Assembly: GCA_031373465.1 (NCBI GenBank)
Contig: JANMMQ010000056.1
Location: 1-35,494 of the forward strand
DNA: 35,494 nucleotides
Reading direction: 5' to 3'
Source of the DNA: Ilumatobacteraceae bacterium
GTDB taxonomy: Bacteria; Actinomycetota; Acidimicrobiia; Acidimicrobiales; Ilumatobacteraceae
A program made the translations under genes and the position numbers. The first letter of the stretch is position 1. Each line of letters opens with the position of its first letter. The notes beneath the pieces were generated by a model. The model saw nothing but the letters and a program-made list of their open reading frames with translations. It searched no databases and had not been told where the DNA came from. Of the stretch, positions 10,301-15,496 are shown piece after piece.

Positions 10301-11979
10301 GCCGGGTAGCTGGTGATCGAGTACTGCAACACTGCCAGGATGTAGCTCTGGCTTTCGTCCCAGAAGGCGACGGTGTAATCGCCGGCCTGAAGTCCGTGCA
10401 CCTCGAACGTTCCATTGGCGCGGGCCCGACCAGTCCACACCGCACTGTCCGTTGGAGCTGAGCAAGTAGCGATGCAGCTGATCGAGATCAGACCGTCTTC
10501 GATGACGCCGTCCTTCTTGGCGTTGGCCAAGTTGGTACCGGCCAACGGTGACGGCCCTGGCGAACCAATGTAAGCGCGCCCGATCGCGATCGCGCCCTTG
10601 AGCACGCCGACGCCAGGCGTTCCGCCCGTGAAACCAGCTGATGCGTCGTAGTAGGCGTAGTCGTTTCCAGCGGCCTGAGCTGCGTCCCACACCTGGTCGT
10701 TGTGTGTGAGCTTGACAAAGCCATGGGCGATGGGCGGAACCCGCTCGCCACCCACGATCAGCTCGGTGTCGTAGCCGGAGCCACCTTCGATGTTCCACGA
10801 GTCCCAGTCATGACCACCTTCGAGCGTGGTGGTCTGCACCCACTTTTCGCCGTTGTGGGTACGGGGATCCGGCGGGACAACGGTGACCGCATAGCGGTTC
10901 GGCCCCATGTTCGGGATGACGATGTCGCCGTAGTGATCCGAGAGACAAGTGGACTCGGTGCCCGCCAACGAGTTGCCCGTGGCGCCACCGGCCGCGCCGT
11001 CGGTTCCGTCGAACACGATCGGGTTCGGAGTGCCGTCATCGTTGAGCACGACGTTTTGGTTCGCGTCGAGCACGTATTGCGTGCACAACGGATTTCCGTA
11101 CACGTCGGTGGTGGTCGGTGCCAACACATCCGTGATCGAGACGGAGAAGCCCGACATGTCGGTCGACGGATCAGCGACCACCAGCGGATCGGGCACTCCG
11201 TTGCAGGCCGGCCCGGCCAGCTGCGCAGGTGTGACGTTGGCGCATGTCAACAACGTCTCGGTCTGGCCGTCCCACTGGCCGTTGGTCGAGGCGTTGTCGT
11301 TGTACACGTGCACCCGAAGCGTGGTGGTCTTCTTCGGCAGTGGGTTCATCCTGACGATGAAGGGAGCGTCAGGCTCTTCGTTCACGGACGCGACCACGCC
11401 GCCGGCAACTTCGAAATGAACGCCGTCGATCTTAAAACCAACTGCCGTCACAGAGATCAGGTACTTGCCATCGGCGAGGCTGTCGAGACTCGCGAGATCA
11501 CTTTGGTTTCCACCTGCGATCACGGTCGAGTGACCCGCGGAGGCGTGCACGGATGGCCACGGGCACTCGCTGAGTGGAGCATCGCCGGCCGTGTTGTACA
11601 TCGCCAGGACCGGGTTGGTCGCAGGGTCAGCGAGGGGGACGGGTTTGGCTCGGCTGGGTAGACACGCGGCAACGTTGGCTGGGGTGAACGACGGATCGCC
11701 CGTACTTGCGTCCTCATTGACGAGCCATTTGAAATCGCCGATGCGGTCACCCTTTTGAATGTGCATATCGAATGGCGGAGTCGACGAGCCGTTTGTTGAG
11801 CTCTCGACACACAAGCTTTGCCGCGCAATCGGAGCCTGCGCCTCCGGGCGTGCGAGACAGTCGCTGGAGCCGCCGACAGCGTGAACAAGGCTGTCGCCGG
11901 AGAGGGCCACCATCGGCATTGTCATGCCAACAACCGCTGACAGGGCGCCCAGCATCTTCCGCCAATTTCGCAACATCAT
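4369..11979 (-). CDS. Giant (~2,536 aa) secreted repeat protein: prealbumin/SdrD-B-like folds, IPT/TIG, right-handed parallel beta-helix (choice-of-anchor-Q-like), three C-terminal DUF11-type repeats
   Basis: ORF 4369..12096; the likely start is ATG-ATG at 11979/11976, giving MMLRNWRKMLGALSAVVGMTMPMVALSGDSLVHA (Sec signal-like).
- SdrD-B-like motif GVVFNDLNGNGKRDLG at about 9961..10020.
- IPT/TIG-like YRIRGSGFGASATTTLTLGNTSTAV...IIFTVPASV at about 7800..8080.
- Beta-helix repeats (NNQIQSNGG, NNRIVANGG, NRIYYNQGYDEGGGIMI, SNNIIANNLSTHEGGGVAL, LVNNTIVKN) ending DIDADDRPIGNVDRGADELG, at about 5599..7000.
- Three repeats of the type TYTITVSNYGPA / PYVITVSNTGTT / YTYAVRVANSGAN at 4372..5598.

There is no LPXTG motif or terminal TM helix. 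Confidence 0.85.
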   Translation of the reverse strand: MMLRNWRKMLGALSAVVGMTMPMVALSGDSLVHAVGGSSDCLARPEAQAPIARQSLCVESSTNGSSTPPFDMHIQKGDRIGDFKWLVNEDASTGDPSFTPANVAACLPSRAKPVPLADPATNPVLAMYNTAGDAPLSECPWPSVHASAGHSTVIAGGNQSDLASLDSLADGKYLISVTAVGFKIDGVHFEVAGGVVASVNEEPDAPFIVRMNPLPKKTTTLRVHVYNDNASTNGQWDGQTETLLTCANVTPAQLAGPACNGVPDPLVVADPSTDMSGFSVSITDVLAPTTTDVYGNPLCTQYVLDANQNVVLNDDGTPNPIVFDGTDGAAGGATGNSLAGTESTCLSDHYGDIVIPNMGPNRYAVTVVPPDPRTHNGEKWVQTTTLEGGHDWDSWNIEGGSGYDTELIVGGERVPPIAHGFVKLTHNDQVWDAAQAAGNDYAYYDASAGFTGGTPGVGVLKGAIAIGRAYIGSPGPSPLAGTNLANAKKDGVIEDGLISISCIATCSAPTDSAVWTGRARANGTFEVHGLQAGDYTVAFWDESQSYILAVLQYSITSYPAITSATRIGTGANAGQLTLNFAVASGLAVGATIPLVGAGNPTWNGMFVVTNVSSNGLTVRVRRQDAAPTTADSTPTPQVDNTNDAGDILLPGWFTDLRGVVFNDLNGNGKRDLGPNGQLEPGIPDFGLSERTRGNSVQDQGANVAVTNDEGEYDLSQGYPLGQFLIAEAYNPRYKNTGFTYYTDNDLTPKTVLSAQVDVDFLPVIGLSAHLDWGVQAYGTGDDYWSGGALGTAPRDENGGIVGTVTYDVTRNEFDPAFSAQEDYQPGVPGISMQLWKTHKSDGVHVDTYNGAAGNSGAVQQWGIQPNGNECLRPDMSRGTNAVTESQPCLPYDYYVTESWTRPTGCTALDVNGNPLAGELALPDSPVTADPSHTDTNNPECIEAPMSGVQIGGEGTVDGNYALTSLIDPTTLQVPAGTDLESVYADAQNNPTQSTALTSGDYVVEAVNPVDTINVKSVPDTNVGGYIDGSNPNRLFRFTDETAINVMSGDSYVPQQGFSGPAAGAAGGYGLQVTPSAPIRYDRNSLGAGTVALCAGSTFTVPPIGPVGSGTGQGAINPDLNDAGGNPYAGRTVPVCDAKVVTVAGGRSMPAGFFMYTEVPLPSKFYGLVNDDLNVQTDRRSTMFGEVAPASNVPVGVYDENGNWKLTAHSDVNGFYEILLPSTGTYNCPLPAGPCPNVYRLVGNDPGTSAHRNLDYNPQFRTIATEFQAWPGVVHPVDQAPTHNGITIEGPAAQFGALSLCKLDVKNAVLFSIDKPYYDPNSGGDSGHTYRIRGSGFGASATTTLTLGNTSTAVSTTSTENEIIFTVPASVVNSPGAYQLSVHANGLNTVNGLTFHVLSPGSANGSAYLQRRDVYEVRPEPTTDGTNSVGIRVFTPQMDAWDTATDTPAGFSGNAKPIGSEVVGTPVSGGRAIQRAIERARQDAGNRSNARPQLIVIYPNTAPNYAAHNPLAAYFENVVLHSKIKLQGVGPGGAITPTNVAPGTNIDASQYWSATQVVPSGGNQNTSDGSYSDDWRTFAAALTRQGSGPTELPEGEGVLAIAETQNQYVPGNQSPSTNFRAGLDGLLLTGGDQQGNPGNINTLPGGIPDGLAAPTNPGPAQGGAVMLDQYVRDFQITNNQIQSNGGTYGTIRVGTPDLPGDANASSNHNERLNVANNRIVANGGTNLAGALGIFAGADNYTVTGNDFCGNFSAEYGGAISHYGRSNGGAITRNRIYYNQGYDEGGGIMIAGALPANNTQLSRGAGPVTIDSNTLVANQSNDDGGGIRFLMAGNFPEMVSNNIIANNLSTHEGGGVALDDAPNVTLVNNTIVKNITTATAATNSASGNIRLANPAGLSTGGNSVQLQGCVNAATCNGQPPMPANSPNWSKPRLLNNIFADNRAGWAELPTATSNGSALHGIGDPTNGAEIQRWDIGVASTAGLNNGGAAPFAFTGIGNTTNATSSPLHAGSAALSYVSTTDNINPTLDGTIAASGGGVGFAHPQDFVVDSLMWRNNTNVSFPVIVAQMVPITLLADYHLLSPSAGGVNGTLNTGLNAGDGATAPPRDIDADDRPIGNVDRGADELGTNADFAISKTASPATVSPGGAVTYTITVSNYGPAAGLARVADTLPGAPAAVTGTWSCTSTGSATCPASIPAGNLIQDVLLPTGSTMTFVLTGTLAANAPAGSVTNIATVAPAPTSGITDNFTGNNSASAVFAVQVSGNLKVLVTPAALPSVTRGQVLPYVITVSNTGTTTMKGQLTTALTGATTGLIGYGCSAVGAGSDCGGPGLAAGNINRTLTVAGGGTVTFTYSTAVVFGLPLGIAVANGAAIGSSIVESATLGPVANYVDTVTTDNASSVASTVVARSNLVLTNTTNAANPQGNGTYTYAVRVANSGANLDQIAGIVLSNPLPPGVNFNSWSCAVTGGANSSCGGAATGTGALSRTINVAANGTVTFTITAQRTAGTSGVVNSTATAVIPPNATQSGTLTVTRAVTFS

Positions 11980-12230
11980 CCATCCCCGCTCTCGTCGTGC
12001 CTGGTGAGATCCAAGGCGCCGGCGCCGATCAATCGACCGACTAGTGGTCGGTTCGGGGCATGACAAAGATGTGCCGCGATTGCAATTGTCCCTCACGCCC
12101 GTCCCTTTCCGTCCAAATGCTCTCGGAGCCGTCCGCTACCGAGAGTGAGCCGGGACTATACCTAGGGCTTAGTACCTTAGCAAGAGAAAACTTCGCCGAA
12201 GCCTTACCATCGTCGCTCCGCTATCGCACT

Positions 12231-12258
12231 GAGAGATGTCGATGCTGTGACATCTCTC
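12231..12258. promoter_or_regulatory. Perfect 10-bp inverted repeat (GAGAGATGTC-N8-GACATCTCTC) in the long lower-GC region upstream of the giant gene
   Basis: Read directly from the sequence: gagagatgtc gatgctgt gacatctctc. No U-run follows on either strand, so it is not a classical intrinsic terminator. It lies in the ~465-bp divergent intergenic region 11980..12444. Confidence 0.35.
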
Positions 12259-12444
12259 CAGCTCAACGGGTAGAAATAAGGTGTCGATGCGAGTCCTGGA
12301 CTTTGGAGGAACTTCAGATTTCTTGACGAAGCCAGGTCTGCATCTCCTGCGCCCAACGTAGGAATATCACTACTATATGCGTTAATTCACTTGAGGTCCT
12401 CAGACCTGCTGTGCTCGGTTCATTGGCTGATCTACGGTCTGAGC

Positions 12445-13290
12445 ATGGTCGCATACGGCATTAAAACCCCTCCGCAACATGGCCGCTGGGCCGACTTCCT
12501 CGACGTGTGGCGTGCCGCCGACGACATCGAGCTGTTCGAGTCCGCCTGGGTGATGGACCACTTCTATCCGCTGACTCCTCCGCTCGACGGAACGCACCTC
12601 GAGAGTTGGGCGGTACTGGCCGCCATGGCCCAGGCAACGAAGCGTCTTCGGCTCGGATGCATGGTCAACGGGATGCACTATCGGCATCCGGCTGTCACTG
12701 CCAACGCTGCCGTCACTCTCGATCACATCTCCGGTGGTCGCTTCAACCTCGGCCTGGGCGCGGGTTGGTTCGAGCCCGAATCCAAGGCGTATGGCATCCC
12801 GCTCGGCTCGTTGAGGGAACGCTTCGATCGCTTCGACGAGGGCTTGGAGGTGATCACGTCGTTGTTGACCAACGAGTTCACGAACTTCAGCGGTCAGTAC
12901 TACCAACTCACTGAGGCCCGCTGCGAGCCCAAGCCGGTGCAGGCACATGTGCCTATCGTCATCGGCGGAAGAGGGCCCAATCGAACGCTGCCGGCAGCCG
13001 CTCGTTGGGCCGATATGTGGGACATGGCCGGGCCCGAAAGTCCTGCTCAGTGGAGGTCGAGCAGCGACATCCTCGACGAGCGCTGCGCCGAGATCGGTCG
13101 GAGCCCGGGGGAGATCCGTCGCTCGGTGCATCTGATGTGGTCGGAGGAAGCGGACCCGTCGGCGATGGCGGCGAGTGCGGCCGAATACGGTGCGGTCGGC
13201 GTGGACCTTGTCATCTTCTCGATGCGTCCCCCGTACAGCGTCTCTCGATTGGAGCCGTTGGCGAAGCAGTTGGAAGCCCTCCACAGCTAA
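12445..13290 (+). CDS. LLM-class (luciferase-like) F420/flavin-dependent oxidoreductase
   Basis: ORF 12391..13290; the ATG at 12445 gives MVAYGIKTPPQHGRWADFLDVWRAADDIELFESAWVMDHFYPL ... GRFNLGLGAGW ... VPIVIGGRGPNRTL, the typical LLM family pattern. Confidence 0.8.
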   Translation: MVAYGIKTPPQHGRWADFLDVWRAADDIELFESAWVMDHFYPLTPPLDGTHLESWAVLAAMAQATKRLRLGCMVNGMHYRHPAVTANAAVTLDHISGGRFNLGLGAGWFEPESKAYGIPLGSLRERFDRFDEGLEVITSLLTNEFTNFSGQYYQLTEARCEPKPVQAHVPIVIGGRGPNRTLPAAARWADMWDMAGPESPAQWRSSSDILDERCAEIGRSPGEIRRSVHLMWSEEADPSAMAASAAEYGAVGVDLVIFSMRPPYSVSRLEPLAKQLEALHS

Positions 13291-13336
13291 CCCTCAACCT
13301 GGCCCTCACCCTCAGATCGAGGGTTGGTCGCTGGTT

Positions 13337-13654
13337 CTACACCTCGATGTCGATGATGACGTTCCCGTTGTCGACCTTGGTCGGGTACGTCTTGAGGTTG
13401 ACCCGAATGGGCGCACCCTTGCCCTCGCCAGTGCGGTAGTCGAACCGGCCGTTGTGCTTGGGGCACTCGATGATGTGATCCATCACCAGTCCGTCGGCGA
13501 GCAACGTATGCTCGTGCGTGCACGACCCGTCAGTGGCGTAGTACGAGTTGTCCGGCGAGCGGTAGATGGCGTACTGGCAGCCTTCGTGTTCGAACGGGAT
13601 GACGTCTTCTGCGTCTACGTCGTCGATTCCGCAGGCCACGATCCATTTCGGCAT
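13337..13654 (-). CDS. Rieske-type [2Fe-2S] ferredoxin (MocE-like)
   Basis: This is the last 105 aa of ORF 13337..14638, from ATG 13654: MPKWIVACGIDDVDAEDVIPFEHEGCQYAIYRSPDNSYYATDGSCTHEHTLLADGLVMDHIIECPKHNGRFDY. The Rieske ligands are CxH...CxxH. The rest of the track ORF is a non-coding-looking extension. Confidence 0.85.
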   Translation of the reverse strand: MPKWIVACGIDDVDAEDVIPFEHEGCQYAIYRSPDNSYYATDGSCTHEHTLLADGLVMDHIIECPKHNGRFDYRTGEGKGAPIRVNLKTYPTKVDNGNVIIDIEV

Positions 13655-13662
13655 TTGGCTGA

Positions 13663-14715
13663 TCAGCTCGACATCTCGACGGTGCTGGACGGCTGCGGTA
13701 GCTCTCGTCGAACGTAGTACTGGGTGTCCTTGCGCTGGCGCAGCAGGGCCGGCACGAACTCGGCGAACGCCGCGGAGATGCTGGCTGCCGGGGTCGGCAG
13801 ATCGTTCTTGATCTCGGCGTGCAATTCGGGCAGTGCGTGGAAGGGCACCATCGGGAACATGTGGTGTTCGACGTGATAGTTCATGTTCCAGTACACGAAC
13901 CGGCTGAATGGATTCATGTACACCGTTCGACTGTTCAGCCGGTGATCGGTGACGTCCTCGGCGAGGCCGCTGTGCTGGGTGAGACCGGTGACGATGTGAT
14001 GCCACGCCCCGTACATGCGCGACAGCCCGATGACCATGGCCGGCAAGATGCTGCGCGAAGCGACGCAGGCAACCACGACCGCGACGTAGATCAGCAGCCA
14101 CACGCGAGCCGTCCAATAGGTCCTGGGACGTTCGGTGTCGGGTACGAACGTCGCTTCCTCCGGTGTCAACCGCCCTGACGCGTGGATTGCCATGTGTTTG
14201 AACGCCATGGGCACGGCGAAGATGCCAAGGAAATCGCCGGCGATGTGCCAGAGCGCTGGTGGTCGGTGGGCCACGATCTCGGGATCGCGGCCCACGATGA
14301 TGGTGTCCGTGTGATGCCGGGCGTGGCTCCATCGCCACACCGTGGGATCGCGCATGATCATGAAACAGGCGATGTAGTACACGACCGTGTTCATCCACCG
14401 CGTCTTGAAGGCAGTTCCATGACCGCACTCGTGCCAACGCGCATCGGAGGCCGAGCCGTACAACACGCCGTAGACCGCAAACGCGAGCAGCGACCAGACC
14501 GAGAACCAGAAATACACGCCCATACCCGCGAACAACAGCAGGAGACCCAACCACAACGCCGTGTCGCGAATGGCTGGGCCATTGCGCCGATGCATGAGCT
14601 CCTTCATTCGCTTGCGTGTGACGTTGGTGCGATACCACTGGGCCTGTGACAAACCGAGCTCGACGGCGCGGCGAGAGTCCTCGCCGATCAATGAGTAATC
14701 ACGCTTGAAGATCAT
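13663..14715 (-). CDS. Membrane fatty-acid-desaturase-family di-iron oxygenase (MocD-like)
   Basis: This is the last 350 aa of ORF 13663..15819, from ATG 14715. It has His boxes HECGH, HARHH and HVEHH plus hydrophobic helices. Its stop lies 8 nt upstream of the Rieske ferredoxin start. Confidence 0.85.
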   Translation of the reverse strand: MIFKRDYSLIGEDSRRAVELGLSQAQWYRTNVTRKRMKELMHRRNGPAIRDTALWLGLLLLFAGMGVYFWFSVWSLLAFAVYGVLYGSASDARWHECGHGTAFKTRWMNTVVYYIACFMIMRDPTVWRWSHARHHTDTIIVGRDPEIVAHRPPALWHIAGDFLGIFAVPMAFKHMAIHASGRLTPEEATFVPDTERPRTYWTARVWLLIYVAVVVACVASRSILPAMVIGLSRMYGAWHHIVTGLTQHSGLAEDVTDHRLNSRTVYMNPFSRFVYWNMNYHVEHHMFPMVPFHALPELHAEIKNDLPTPAASISAAFAEFVPALLRQRKDTQYYVRRELPQPSSTVEMSS

Positions 14716-14763
14716 CTGATCGTAGCTGGGGATGTCGATCGGACAAGATTGTCGGACTCCACC

Positions 14764-15450
14764 ATGAACATCCCATACCGAGCCCTCTCCCTTGTCGCTC
14801 TGCGCGTTGGTGTTGGATGTCTGCTCGCTGCCTCGTGTGGCTCGACAGCCCAGCCCGCTCTTATCACGAGGCCTGCCGGCAACATCGTCGACTCCGCCGT
14901 GCAGGTGGTGGCCAACGGCTGCAAGTCGGTGGAGGTGCACGGCGCGGGGCTGATGGTCGCCGAGGGCAGAATCGCCACGGTCGCCCATGTGGTGGCGGGC
15001 GCCCAGCAAATCGAGGTGCGCGGCACGCACGGAACCGCCGATGCGACTGTGGTGTTCTTCGACCCGATCCTGGATGTCGCGGTCTTGAAGGTCGACCCAG
15101 CGCTGGCACCACCGATCGCGATCGGTACGGCGGCGCGCGGCGAGCATGGCAACGTCGTCGTGTATCGAGACGACACGCCGGTCGAGTTGGCCGTCGCCAT
15201 CCAGCGATTGGTCGACATTCGCACCGCCGACATCTATGGCGAGGGCACTCATATCCGTCCCGGCTACGAGCTGGACCTGGACATCCGCCCCGGAGACTCC
15301 GGCGCGGTCGTCGTTGTCGATGACAAAGCGGTCGCGTTGGTGTGGGCCACCAGCCGAGAAGCGCAATCCCGTGCCTGGGCAATGCGAGCTTCGCTGCTGG
15401 CCGACCATCTCTCGAGCGATGCTGCTGTCCCGAACGGAGAGTGCACCTGA
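14764..15450 (+). CDS. Trypsin-like (S1 family) serine protease, probable lipoprotein
   Basis: ORF 14749..15450 (TTG); ATG at 14764. The N-terminus has a lipobox-like LLAASCGS. The catalytic triad context is TVAHVV, LDVAVLKV and RPGDSGAVVV. Confidence 0.75.
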   Translation: MNIPYRALSLVALRVGVGCLLAASCGSTAQPALITRPAGNIVDSAVQVVANGCKSVEVHGAGLMVAEGRIATVAHVVAGAQQIEVRGTHGTADATVVFFDPILDVAVLKVDPALAPPIAIGTAARGEHGNVVVYRDDTPVELAVAIQRLVDIRTADIYGEGTHIRPGYELDLDIRPGDSGAVVVVDDKAVALVWATSREAQSRAWAMRASLLADHLSSDAAVPNGECT

Positions 15451-15496
15451 GTGCTGCATGAACCCGGCACCCGTCAGACGTGGCATATTGGCGACC

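Noticed and set aside
6109-10461. Long + strand ORFs inside the giant gene (6109..7305, 7999..9258, 9388..10461, 10702..11661).
   Set aside because: They are antisense to a frame with coherent domain repeats. Their Val/Arg/Gly/Asp-rich shadow composition and lack of motifs argue against coding.
12060-12326. An 88-aa + strand ORF (Cys/Arg-rich) in the long intergenic region.
   Set aside because: It has no RBS or family resemblance. It lies in a lower-GC region with no codon-position GC bias visible by eye. It is more likely leader or promoter DNA.
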